Assembly (NCBI GenBank): GCA_036400935.1 | Contig: DASWWW010000002.1 | Span: 1-61,938 of the forward strand | Source: Minisyncoccota bacterium | GTDB taxonomy: Bacteria; Patescibacteriota; Minisyncoccia; Phycocordibacterales; UBA6065 | Direction of reading: 5' to 3' | Length of the DNA: 61,938 nucleotides | Shown: positions 40,213-49,042 of the stretch, in pieces | How positions within the stretch are numbered: position 1 is the first letter of the stretch | How the letters are laid out: every line of letters begins with the position of its first letter | Made by a program: the position numbers and the translations under genes | The notes under the pieces: model-generated | Told to the model about the DNA's origin: nothing | What the model saw: the letters and a program-made list of their open reading frames with translations, nothing else | Databases searched by the model: none

Positions 40213-41547
40213 TTATTCCTCCTTGGTGAGGCGGTTGTCGATGCGGTTGATGTCTCGCGGGAATGCCGTGGCTTCCTTCACGTTTGCGATCTCGAGCATG
40301 CGGGCCGTGAATCGCTCGAGGCCGGTCGAGCATCCTCCGTGCGGAGGCATGCCGTACTTGAAGGCCTGAAGGTAGAATGAGAACTTTTCCGGGTCCATGC
40401 CGCGCTCCTTGATGCGCTCGACGAGCGAGTCGTAGCTGTGGATTCGCTGCGCTCCGCTGTTTATCTCAAGTCCGCGGAACAAGAGGTCAAAGCCTCGCGA
40501 CTGCGGCGCCTCCGAAGGCTCCTCATAGGTATAGAATGCGCGCTTCTTTGTCGGGAACTTCGTAATGAATACGAAGTCTGAGCCGAGATTCTTCTTTGCG
40601 TACTCGCAGATCTGCCTCTCGTCCTCAGGGGCCATGTCGTTCGTGTCCTCGATCGTGCGGTTGTACTCCTTTGCGACGAGATCCTGCGCCTCCTTCAGGG
40701 TAAAGATCGGGAATTTCTCAGGAGTGAGAGGGGCTGTCGTGCCGAATTTCTTGAATATGTCCTCGTGCTTCGAGGCTTCGCGGACGACGTCCTTGATGGT
40801 CGTCTCGAGCTCCTTCATGACCTCGAACTCGTTGTTGATGAAGCCCATCTCGAAGTCCATTTGGACGATCTCGGAGAGGTGCCTAGTCGTGGCGCTCTTC
40901 TCGGCGCGGAAGACCTTTGCGATCGTAAAGGCCCGCTCCTGCGCGCCCACCATGATCTGCTTGTAGAACTGCGGGCTCGTGGCGAGGTAGGCGTTCTTGT
41001 CGTTGAAGTACTCTACCTTGAATACCGCCGCGCCTCCCTCCGCGTCCCCTCCTACGAGGGCTGGAGACATGAATTCGGTGAACCCACGGGCCCGCAGCGA
41101 CGCTCGGTATGCTTCAAGTATGACCGACTGCATCTTGAACAATGCGCGGCTCTTATCGCTTCGCAATGTGTAAGGAAGATAGTCGAGGTTGGTGTCGAGA
41201 TTTACCTCGGTTCCCAATTCGAACGGGGTCTCCTTTGCCTCTGAAAGGATGTCGATCGAGAGGATCTCGAGCTCTATCGCTCCGTTCTGCTTGTCCTTCT
41301 GGACGTTTCGCTCAGGGCGGGCGTTTACCTTGCCCTTAACCGTTACGACCCACTCGGCGCGCAGCTTTGTACCCACGGCGTGTGCCTCCTTTGCGTTTGG
41401 CAGGATGACTCCCTGGACGTATCCCGTCATGTCGCGGAAATCGAAGAATATGAGCTTGCCCTGGTCGCGGCGCACGCTCACCCAGCCCGAGATGCTAACT
41501 TCTTGCCCTACTTTGGATGTAAGATCCTTTATGTATGTTCGTTCCAT
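40213..41547 (-). CDS. aspS: Aspartyl-tRNA synthetase, short archaeal/eukaryal-type class IIb
   Basis: OB-fold N-terminus (VSISGWV...RRDQGKLIFFDFRD), motif 2 FRAEKSATTRHLSEIVQMDFE, C-terminal GLERFTARML...FPRDINR. About 444 aa from the ATG at 41547. Confidence 0.85.
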   Translation of the reverse strand: MERTYIKDLTSKVGQEVSISGWVSVRRDQGKLIFFDFRDMTGYVQGVILPNAKEAHAVGTKLRAEWVVTVKGKVNARPERNVQKDKQNGAIELEILSIDILSEAKETPFELGTEVNLDTNLDYLPYTLRSDKSRALFKMQSVILEAYRASLRARGFTEFMSPALVGGDAEGGAAVFKVEYFNDKNAYLATSPQFYKQIMVGAQERAFTIAKVFRAEKSATTRHLSEIVQMDFEMGFINNEFEVMKELETTIKDVVREASKHEDIFKKFGTTAPLTPEKFPIFTLKEAQDLVAKEYNRTIEDTNDMAPEDERQICEYAKKNLGSDFVFITKFPTKKRAFYTYEEPSEAPQSRGFDLLFRGLEINSGAQRIHSYDSLVERIKERGMDPEKFSFYLQAFKYGMPPHGGCSTGLERFTARMLEIANVKEATAFPRDINRIDNRLTKEE

Positions 41548-41583
41548 ATTAATGCTATTAGATAGAGGCTTTTGCCTAATGGG

Positions 41584-41735
41584 CAAAGAAAAGCGCCCCT
41601 CAAAGTCCAGTTTCCTAGGCTTTCAGGGGCGATTTTTGTCGCGGTGCCACCCTGTCTTATAACTCGTTTGCCGTAACGGCGGCTGCCGGAGGCCTTCCTC
41701 GCCCTCGCCGGTTGTCAGCCGGGTCATCGGATAGC
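41584..41735 (-). promoter_or_regulatory. T-box riboswitch leader (transcription attenuation) controlling aspS
   Basis: The minus strand carries AGGGUGGCACCGCG (rc of 41640-41653). The antiterminator (aggg/ccct and gcg/cgc around a UGGCACC bulge) shares cgcccct with the terminator cgcccctgaaag...ctttgaggggcg followed by cuuuucuuu. Upstream there is a GAUGA/GA K-turn-like motif and the hairpin ccgg-CUGACAA-ccgg (41708-41722) with GAC in its loop. Confidence 0.8.
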
Positions 41736-41738
41736 AAT

Positions 41739-41767
41739 AATCTACAGGAAAATCGGGGTTTGGGCAA
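41739..41767 (-). promoter_or_regulatory. Candidate promoter of the aspS T-box leader (TTGCCC-17 nt-TAGATT)
   Basis: -35 at 41767-41762 and -10 at 41744-41739, with a 17-nt spacer. Confidence 0.45.
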
Positions 41768-41770
41768 ATA

Positions 41771-41793
41771 AAAAACAGAGCCGTAAGGCTCTG
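41771..41793 (-). terminator. Intrinsic terminator of the upstream hypothetical gene
   Basis: The minus strand reads cagagcc-ttac-ggctctg followed by tttttt. Confidence 0.7.
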
Positions 41794-41794
41794 C

Positions 41795-42313
41795 TCAGAT
41801 GTCTGCGCCCGCTATCCACCAGCGCCGGACAATGCGTGAACCGAGAAAGGCCTGTACGTCGTCCTGATTCGACATCCAGTGACTCTGTTCGGCTAGCTCT
41901 TTGTTCACTCTCGAGGTACGCTCGATTCGATCGAAGATGATGCCAGAGGCGTTCTGAAAGTCGCGGTAGGTCTCCGTCTGGAGGATGAACAGCTTCCAGA
42001 TCTCGTCGATTTGCGGAGCGGGCGTGACAAACCTCCCTGCCGGCTTGATAAGCGACAGCCAGAGGAATGTGATGACTTGTCGGAAGCCTTCTCGCGCATC
42101 GGCCTCGCTGATTCTGAACTCGGCTGTGATAATCTCGATAAGGTCGGCTGTCTCCAGCCGCTGGGCTATCGATTGCAGCCGCTTGAGGAGTTCAAGCTGA
42201 GGCTTATTCGGCTTGACCTGATGACCCAGGCCGGCCGGGATCTGTACGGCTGATGAGGATACGCGCGCTAGGCCCGCATCGCCCACTTCGTAGGGATGTA
42301 ACTCTTTTGCCAT
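41795..42313 (-). CDS. Hypothetical protein (172 aa)
   Basis: Clean ORF with its own terminator. PQIDEIWKLFILQTETYRDF weakly recalls the VD.VWH.H.L.T..Y motif of glycine-rich-domain proteins; not confident. Confidence 0.55.
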   Translation of the reverse strand: MAKELHPYEVGDAGLARVSSSAVQIPAGLGHQVKPNKPQLELLKRLQSIAQRLETADLIEIITAEFRISEADAREGFRQVITFLWLSLIKPAGRFVTPAPQIDEIWKLFILQTETYRDFQNASGIIFDRIERTSRVNKELAEQSHWMSNQDDVQAFLGSRIVRRWWIAGADI

Positions 42314-42382
42314 AAAAAGGACGTGGTTGAAAACGAGGGTTTACTTGCCCATATCAACATAATTGTCCTATCGAGTCAAATT

Positions 42383-44140
42383 CTAGAGTTTCTGCTTCTC
42401 CCAGAGCTCGAAGAACCTGCCTTTTTTGCCGTAGAGGTCTGCAAAGCTTCCCTGCTCGAGTATCTTGCCGCCCTCGATGACGACGATCTTGTCCATCTCC
42501 TTGATGGTGGTCAGGCGGTGCGCGATAACTACCGCGGTGACCGTCTTGAAAAATTGATGGAGCGAGTCCTGGATCTTTTCCTCAGACTCAACGTCGAGAT
42601 GCGACGTCGCCTCGTCCAGCAAAAGCAGTTCCGGATCCTTGAATACGGCGCGGGCCACTCCGACGCGCTGCTTTTCTCCGCCCGACAGCCTGATTCCCTT
42701 CTCGCCGATCTGGGTATCGACGCCGAGCGGCAGGGTTTTGGCGAATTCGCTGACATGGGCGACATTGAGAGCCTTGTCGAGGAGCTTCGCGTCGTCCGCC
42801 TTGTCGTAATTAGAGAGCACGATGTTCTCCTTTAGGGAGAAGTTGAACACCTCGGTATCCTGCAATACGACGGCCGTGTGGTTGAAGTAGTCAGACTTGC
42901 TGATCGTGCGCAAAGGCGTGCCGTCTACGAGGATCTCGCCTGTGTACGTCTCGCGCTCCTTGAGGAGGAGCTTGAACAGCGTGGATTTGCCCGCGCCCGA
43001 CAGTCCCATGATGCCGATTTTCTCGCCGCGGCTGATCGTGAGGTTGATATTGTCGAGAACTTTCTTCTCGCCGTACGAGAAAGACACGTCGCGGAACTCG
43101 ATCGATTTCCAATCTGACGGGAACGGCTTCTTGCCCTCTTCGATTTCGGTCATCGGCTTTGTCTCGAACAAGTCGGCAAGGCGCGCGACGGCCTGCTTCC
43201 TGACCGCGAAGTCCTGCGAGGTCTCAGCCATGCGCGACACCGCGGCCTGTATCCTGCCGAAATACGTATAGAACAAGACCATGAACCCTAGGTCATAATT
43301 GCCTTTGAGGATGCCCCAGCCGATATAGCACATGACCGCGATGCGGAATACTTGGGCCGACAGGTTTTTGGTCGCGCCGCCGATCTGATACAGGTGCAGG
43401 CGCCTCTCGCACAGCAGGTAGTATTCCTTGCAGACTTTGGTGAGACGGCCCATGAGCGGTTGGATCATGGACATGATCTTGGCGCTGCGAATATTGTTCA
43501 CGAGCTCGAATACGAGGCCGGACAGCTCCTCTTCCTTGATGTGCTCAACCTTCTGCACTTTTACTGCCCTGTTCGTCAGATAAACGGACATAAAGAAATA
43601 GAGGATGAGGAATACTACGGTCGCGGTAGCGATCGGGCCGTCGAATTTTGCGATGACGATGAGCACGCCGAATATGCTGACGGCTATCTCGATGAACGAG
43701 TAGAACCACATGCGGATAAGGTTGTTCACGGCATCCGTTCCTCGGGCGATCCTCTTTACGCGGTTGCCTGTGTTCTCCTTCTCGTGCCAGTCCATGTCGA
43801 GGGAATACGTATGCCTCATGGCTCTGAGCTCGATATCTATGGCTGCCCTTTTCGCTATGCGGAAGCCCCAGAAGCTCGATAGGTACGTGCCGACAAAATA
43901 GACGGCATTGGTCAGGGCGAAGAGCGCCATGATGTTCCAGAAGCCCTGAAGCGACTGCCCCTGCTGGTATGAGGTGAAGAAATTGGTGATTGCTGCCAGA
44001 GCGTATGCTGGATAGAGCCACGCGACCTCTCCTGCGATGCGCACGAGCGTTGCCGCGATGAACCTTGCCCGATACGGCCGGATGGCGCCTAGAAGCTCTC
44101 GAATGAGGGACGTCGTCGGATAGATTTTGTCAGGTTGCAT
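42383..44140 (-). CDS. ABC exporter, fused permease/ATPase (MsbA/type I exporter-like)
   Basis: 6-TM N-terminal domain; Walker A GLSGAGKST, signature LSGGEKQR, Walker B LLLLDEATSHLD. Confidence 0.9.
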   Translation of the reverse strand: MQPDKIYPTTSLIRELLGAIRPYRARFIAATLVRIAGEVAWLYPAYALAAITNFFTSYQQGQSLQGFWNIMALFALTNAVYFVGTYLSSFWGFRIAKRAAIDIELRAMRHTYSLDMDWHEKENTGNRVKRIARGTDAVNNLIRMWFYSFIEIAVSIFGVLIVIAKFDGPIATATVVFLILYFFMSVYLTNRAVKVQKVEHIKEEELSGLVFELVNNIRSAKIMSMIQPLMGRLTKVCKEYYLLCERRLHLYQIGGATKNLSAQVFRIAVMCYIGWGILKGNYDLGFMVLFYTYFGRIQAAVSRMAETSQDFAVRKQAVARLADLFETKPMTEIEEGKKPFPSDWKSIEFRDVSFSYGEKKVLDNINLTISRGEKIGIMGLSGAGKSTLFKLLLKERETYTGEILVDGTPLRTISKSDYFNHTAVVLQDTEVFNFSLKENIVLSNYDKADDAKLLDKALNVAHVSEFAKTLPLGVDTQIGEKGIRLSGGEKQRVGVARAVFKDPELLLLDEATSHLDVESEEKIQDSLHQFFKTVTAVVIAHRLTTIKEMDKIVVIEGGKILEQGSFADLYGKKGRFFELWEKQKL

Positions 44141-44255
44141 AGTATTATGTTTAGCCTGCTAATTATCTCTTGCCGGAACAGTAAAGCAAGGAACAACATA
44201 CTTGCGCAAGCGTCAACTGATTTGCTATACTTCAGGTATAAGAAAGTGACTCAAG

Positions 44256-44283
44256 AAAAAGCCGCCCTCATGGGTGGCTTTTT
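44256..44283. terminator. Intrinsic terminator of trpS (bidirectional form)
   Basis: aaaaagccgccc-tcat-gggtggcttttt. Confidence 0.6.
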
Positions 44284-44284
44284 G

Positions 44285-45238
44285 CTAGAGAGTGACTCCA
44301 ACCGCCTTCTTGACCCTCTCCATCGTCTCGTTCGCCTTCTTGTTCGCCTTCTTGCCTCCCTTGGCGAGGATTTTGATTATCTTGTTGCGATTCTTGGCGA
44401 GCTTTTCGCGGCGCTCGCGCATAGGACGGATGAAATTCTGAACGTCTGCCACCAGGGCTTCCTTCAAATCCTTGTACTTGCCTGCCTTCTCTGCGTAAAG
44501 CGTATCGAGATACGCTTTGTCGCGGAACAATTCGTGAATGGCGCGGACATTTACCGGAACTCCGCCCGATGAATCGGTTACGATGGACATGACGGCCTTT
44601 TTGATCTCGTCATCAGTGGCAAAAAGCGGAATAGTGTTGCCGTATGACTTCGACATTTTGCGGCCGTCTGTGCCGGGGACGATCTTTACGCTCTCGACGA
44701 TCATTTCTTTCGGCAAGATGAAAGTCTCTCCGAATGTGTTGTTGAATTTCTGGGCGGTGTCGCGTGCATACTCGACGTGCTGCTTCTGATCCTGGCCGAC
44801 AGGCACGATTTCTGTCCCATAAAGGAGAATATCGGCAGCCATAAGCATCGGATAATTGAATGTTCCGACGGTGATCTCCTTGTCCTTCGCCTCGGCGTCC
44901 TTGAAAGCGTGCGCGCGCATGAGGTAAGGCATGGTCGTGATGGTATCAAATATCCATGCGAGCTCGGTGTGGGCTGTAACGTCCGATGATTTGAACAAAA
45001 CACACTTCTTTGGATCGAGCCCGATCGCTACATAGTCGAGGGCGAGATCGATTATATTCTGGCGCATCTGCTCCGCGTTCTGGATGAAATTCAGGCTGTG
45101 GTAATCAGCGATCATAAAGTAGCACTGGTACTCGCCCGTGTTGAGCATGTCCACGAATTGCTTCATAGCGCCGAAATAGTTGCCTATGTGGGGGCGGCCA
45201 GTCGGCTTTACGCCCGAGAGAAGAATTTTCTTTGTCAT
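44285..45238 (-). CDS. trpS: Tryptophanyl-tRNA synthetase
   Basis: GVKPTGRPHIGNYFGA (HIGH motif), KMSKS present; 317 aa. Confidence 0.92.
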   Translation of the reverse strand: MTKKILLSGVKPTGRPHIGNYFGAMKQFVDMLNTGEYQCYFMIADYHSLNFIQNAEQMRQNIIDLALDYVAIGLDPKKCVLFKSSDVTAHTELAWIFDTITTMPYLMRAHAFKDAEAKDKEITVGTFNYPMLMAADILLYGTEIVPVGQDQKQHVEYARDTAQKFNNTFGETFILPKEMIVESVKIVPGTDGRKMSKSYGNTIPLFATDDEIKKAVMSIVTDSSGGVPVNVRAIHELFRDKAYLDTLYAEKAGKYKDLKEALVADVQNFIRPMRERREKLAKNRNKIIKILAKGGKKANKKANETMERVKKAVGVTL

Positions 45239-45251
45239 ATATTGATGGTAT

Positions 45252-45279
45252 CAAAAAAAGCCTTATTTTCAAAGGCTTT
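45252..45279 (-). terminator. Intrinsic terminator of the upstream membrane-protein gene
   Basis: The minus strand reads aaagcctt-tgaaaat-aaggcttt followed by tttttt. Confidence 0.6.
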
Positions 45280-45291
45280 ATTCGATCTCTG

Positions 45292-46116
45292 TTAGTCTGC
45301 AGCGACGACTGCCTGCTGCTTGATCTTGTTAAAGCCTAGCAATCCGAATGTGATGAGCGATACCGCGATAGTGAAGAAGAGATCGCCAAGGTCAGGGCTG
45401 TACGAGGTTCCGATGCTCGTAGTGTACGAGAGCCAGCAGTCCGCGACGAACATCGACGCCAATCCAAAAAGGATTGCGATGACCTCGTACTTGTACATGC
45501 CTCCGATGTACTTAAAGGACAGTCCCGCCACCACGACCGCCACGGAAAGCGCGATGGCGTCGCCCAGTGGGTATGCGATGTCGAGAATCGACTTAATAAT
45601 TGAAGATGAGTCTGTAAATATCTCGCCTCCGTGACCCAGAACGATCAGAACGTAATACGTTACCGCAAAAAGCGCTACAGGAGTGAGGACCGAGAAGAGC
45701 TTGCCGCCCGCGCTGCGCAGCGCGAATCGGGTTCCAGTCGTCATGGCGAGGAAAATCGCACCGATATTGTAGAGGAACATGCTCGGAGCAAAGAAGAGGT
45801 CGGCCCACGACGGATACGGAACCTCGACATCAAGGAAAAAGTTATAGTACGACCAAATGGTCTCGCCGATTCCCCAGAATATGAGTCCCCAGCCGATAAA
45901 GAAGATCGCTTTGCCGAGAGCGGTAGAGAGTCCACCCCATGTCTTGTACCCTTTGACGGCGACGATGCCTCCGAAGAGCGGGATGAGGCCGTAGAGGAAC
46001 GCGTAGAGGTAGCCGAAGAATCCGTCGCGGATGTCGAGTATCCGTAGCACGATCCAAGAGATGAGTAATGCAGCCGCAAATGCTAAACAAATCTTTTGGA
46101 ATGCGTTAAAGTTCAT
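45292..46116 (-). CDS. Polytopic membrane protein (about 7-8 TM, 274 aa), function unknown
   Basis: Start set at the ATG at 46116 (MNFNAFQKICLAFAAALL). The listed N-terminal extension overlaps the upstream gene. Confidence 0.7.
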   Translation of the reverse strand: MNFNAFQKICLAFAAALLISWIVLRILDIRDGFFGYLYAFLYGLIPLFGGIVAVKGYKTWGGLSTALGKAIFFIGWGLIFWGIGETIWSYYNFFLDVEVPYPSWADLFFAPSMFLYNIGAIFLAMTTGTRFALRSAGGKLFSVLTPVALFAVTYYVLIVLGHGGEIFTDSSSIIKSILDIAYPLGDAIALSVAVVVAGLSFKYIGGMYKYEVIAILFGLASMFVADCWLSYTTSIGTSYSPDLGDLFFTIAVSLITFGLLGFNKIKQQAVVAAD

Positions 46117-46133
46117 GACTATAGAGTACGACG

Positions 46134-46646
46134 CTAATTTTGAGTCGTCAAAGGATAACTTTCCAACTCCCTTTTGATCTCTTTGAGCGAATATAGGTGC
46201 GTAACCTTCTCGGGATACGGCGAGATCATTTGCAGCTGGCTGGGCTTGTGATTTCGATAGCTTTTGACGTAGCGGGCCTTCGTCACATGCTTGAGCAATC
46301 CCCATAGATTGGCGAACGTCTCATGCTTTCTGCTGAATTTGCGAGTTATCAGGAAATAATACTGAGGAAGCATGTATTTGAAACGAAGGCTGTAGATCTT
46401 GTCTGCAAGAGGAATACCCTTCTCTATCAGATGCCGAGTCCCGCCTTCCATGATCCAGGATTCCTGATCATAAACTTTTGAAATATCCGAAATACTTTGC
46501 GCCTTGTCATTTGGCTCTGAAAACTTTGTTTTCCAATAGAAATCGTCCGTTGAATACAGGGGTAGGCCGGTTCGCTGAGCGAGTTTGCCGGCGAAAGTGC
46601 TTTTGCCGCGTCCAGAGTCGCCGATAATGAGAATTCTCTTATGCAT
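46134..46646 (-). CDS. P-loop NTPase, adenylate-kinase-fold (topology-modulation FlaR-like)
   Basis: MHKRILIIGDSGRGKSTFAGKLA...LYSTDDFYW...WIMEGG. Confidence 0.7.
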   Translation of the reverse strand: MHKRILIIGDSGRGKSTFAGKLAQRTGLPLYSTDDFYWKTKFSEPNDKAQSISDISKVYDQESWIMEGGTRHLIEKGIPLADKIYSLRFKYMLPQYYFLITRKFSRKHETFANLWGLLKHVTKARYVKSYRNHKPSQLQMISPYPEKVTHLYSLKEIKRELESYPLTTQN

Positions 46647-46650
46647 GAGA

Positions 46651-47898
46651 TTATCTGTTAGGAGTACACGCCAAGCTGCTGGATGGAGTCATTCGACAGG
46701 TTCCCGAGACGGTCTCGCCTCGCCCGCCTTTGAATGAGCAGGAAGTATTTGTTGTTTTGCCCGAACAAGCAGAAATTGCTTCCTGAGGAGGTGTCTGACC
46801 GCTCTGCTGGCCTCCCTGCTGCATTTGCTGTTGGTTCTGCTGTCCCGCTCCTGCCGGACGCGTCATATATGACTTGCCTCTGTAGCAGCTTGCTGAATAT
46901 GGGAAATCCTGTGTCATTACGTAGTGATAGGTGGTCTTTTTGACCCCATCGATGACGATCTCGCTCGTAATGCCGTGGCAGATGTCGAGATCCTCGGTTG
47001 TCAGGTACTCGTCCTTTGCTACGAGCGGCCCGGTGATCGGAAATCCGTCATAAGCGTAGCCGAGAACGGTCGTGACGGAGACACCCTTGAAGCATTTGCT
47101 CATGCTGTGATAGTGGTACTGGCCGTCTCCCTGAGGATGGCCGTCGCAGGAGTCCTGAAGCTCGTGAGCGGCCGCGTCCCGCAGGCCCGCGTCGAATCCG
47201 TTGAAGAGCGGCACGCCCGTAAGCATGATGCCGACCTCGCCTGTCATGCAGTATGGGGTATCCGAATAGACGGGATCGGCTGGAATGCTCTGCTTGAGGG
47301 TTTGAGCCGAGATCGTGCTCGGGTTCGGGTCGATCTTCGCCGCAGGGTCGTTCGCGGCTACAGGAAACACACCGGTCGTATGGTTGATAGGCAGAGCATT
47401 GCCCGTCAGCACGCGCATGCCAGCAGAGATCACGTTCGAAAAGGCCGCATTCGGCCAGCTGACCGAGCCAGATACCGAGATTTTCTTGAGAAAATTCCAG
47501 GTATCGCCATTGATCCACGATCCGTTGACCATCGAGCCGGGATTGTCCTGCCGCGCATTGCACAGATAGATGTAGCCCTTCTTCGGCGCGTCGGTGGTAT
47601 ACCTGTAGTCTCCGAGAGGCACATTGCCGTCAGCGTATTTGTTGTCGGCGAGAGCGAGGAGGTCGGAATAAGAGAGCGAGCCGCCCGCGCTTTTTGCGGG
47701 ACTCTGGGCTTCAGCTTTGACCGTCTCGAGGGTTCCAGTCGCCTCAACGGGAGTCGAAAATGCGGTCGCCTCTTGGTTCGCGACAGCCTCCTTCATTGCT
47801 ACGACCGGCGCCTCAATATAGGTGTCGAGCTTCTTCTTGAGGTAGAAAGCTCCGCCGATAACCGCGACCGCGATAAGGACACCCGCAACGTACTTCAT
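46651..47898 (-). CDS. Membrane-anchored YHYH-domain protein with a Gln-rich linker and Cys-rich tail
   Basis: TM anchor; CDGHPQGDGQYHYHS; then QQNQQQMQQGGQQSGQ and a C-terminal region with 4 Cys. Confidence 0.75.
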   Translation of the reverse strand: MKYVAGVLIAVAVIGGAFYLKKKLDTYIEAPVVAMKEAVANQEATAFSTPVEATGTLETVKAEAQSPAKSAGGSLSYSDLLALADNKYADGNVPLGDYRYTTDAPKKGYIYLCNARQDNPGSMVNGSWINGDTWNFLKKISVSGSVSWPNAAFSNVISAGMRVLTGNALPINHTTGVFPVAANDPAAKIDPNPSTISAQTLKQSIPADPVYSDTPYCMTGEVGIMLTGVPLFNGFDAGLRDAAAHELQDSCDGHPQGDGQYHYHSMSKCFKGVSVTTVLGYAYDGFPITGPLVAKDEYLTTEDLDICHGITSEIVIDGVKKTTYHYVMTQDFPYSASCYRGKSYMTRPAGAGQQNQQQMQQGGQQSGQTPPQEAISACSGKTTNTSCSFKGGRGETVSGTCRMTPSSSLACTPNR

Positions 47899-47902
47899 GT
47901 GA

Positions 47903-48448
47903 TTATTTTAATTCTGAAAAGAAGCCAATAAGATTCTTGATATGGGAATCGAGGTCGACGCCCAAAGCCTCGCAGCCGCGGTATATGGTTTCCCGCTCGA
48001 TTTTCGCCGCAAAACCTTTTTCCTTGAGCCGCTTCTTGATCGAGCTCTCCTTCATATCCTTGTATGCGACTGGATTGAGCTTGCGGTAGGCGTAGAATAT
48101 GCCGCTGATCTCGTCGCACGCCATGAGCGCTGCCGCCAATTTCGTCTGCGGCAAGGTCGTAAAGCCGTTATAGCCGTACGCGTGCGCCTCGACGGCATGG
48201 ATCAGATCTGACGGATAGTCCCACTGCTTGAACCAGCCCAATGATTCTTTTGGATGCGTTTCAGGCTGCTGCTCGAAATCGATATCGTGCAAGAGGCCCG
48301 TCACATACCAGAGGTTCGGGTCCTCGTTGAAGATCTTGGCGTAGCCTTCCATTGCGACCGCGACCATTACAGCGTGATATCGCTGGTATTCGTCCTTTAC
48401 GTATTGTTCAAGGAGGACTTGAGCCTCGGATTTTGTTGGAAGTCTCAT
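47903..48448 (-). CDS. HD-domain metal-dependent phosphohydrolase
   Basis: RYHAVMVAVAME...GLLHDIDFE...HA. Confidence 0.75.
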   Translation of the reverse strand: MRLPTKSEAQVLLEQYVKDEYQRYHAVMVAVAMEGYAKIFNEDPNLWYVTGLLHDIDFEQQPETHPKESLGWFKQWDYPSDLIHAVEAHAYGYNGFTTLPQTKLAAALMACDEISGIFYAYRKLNPVAYKDMKESSIKKRLKEKGFAAKIERETIYRGCEALGVDLDSHIKNLIGFFSELK

Positions 48449-49038
48449 TGTATTTGCGCGTTAGGACCCATCCTCCTTCTGCCAAAATACAAAATAAGGC
48501 ACATGACTCCATTGGTAACGAACAGCGAAGATAAGTACAGAGCAGTCGTTAGTGAGTAAGCTTCTAGGGCGGCAAGACTCATCACGTTTGCTACGGCGCT
48601 CAGGAAAAACGTTGAGAATGTTTCGCTCCAAGGTTCTTGATGCGCCTTTCTGAAAGTCGGAAGAAAGCCTATGAAGTCTGTCAAAGCGACAAGCAAGACC
48701 GAATATAGAGGATTCTCGACGAGAAAATACATTCCGATCGCCACGAATGCAGCGATAAGGCAAAAGAGATCGGATCTGTGTATGTTTTTCGTGCCGTACT
48801 TGAACGAAAGCAGGAATATGAGGAGGCAAAATAACGCCCCTACCCCTAAAGCCCAAGACCCGAAGCCCGCGCCAGCCTTTAATGCTGCTGCAGTTCCAAC
48901 AATTTGCAATATTCCCCAAATAAGCCAAGAGTAAAGGTGCGGCTGGGTCTTCTGCTTAAAGATGTCTATGAAATAAGGAATAAAGACGATAATCGCTAGG
49001 ATGGAGGAAGCAATAGCGAGTACGAATTTCAATTCCAT
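48445..49038 (-). CDS. Polytopic membrane protein (about 6 TM, 197 aa), function unknown
   Basis: Six hydrophobic helices. Its stop overlaps the HD gene start (ATGA). Confidence 0.65.
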   Translation of the reverse strand: MELKFVLAIASSILAIIVFIPYFIDIFKQKTQPHLYSWLIWGILQIVGTAAALKAGAGFGSWALGVGALFCLLIFLLSFKYGTKNIHRSDLFCLIAAFVAIGMYFLVENPLYSVLLVALTDFIGFLPTFRKAHQEPWSETFSTFFLSAVANVMSLAALEAYSLTTALYLSSLFVTNGVMCLILYFGRRRMGPNAQIQ

Positions 49039-49042
49039 AGAT

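Noticed and set aside
46117-46305. An N-terminal extension of the 337-aa membrane-protein ORF.
   Set aside because: It overlaps the P-loop NTPase gene (46134-46646) on the same strand in a different frame. The first TM helix follows the ATG at 46116.
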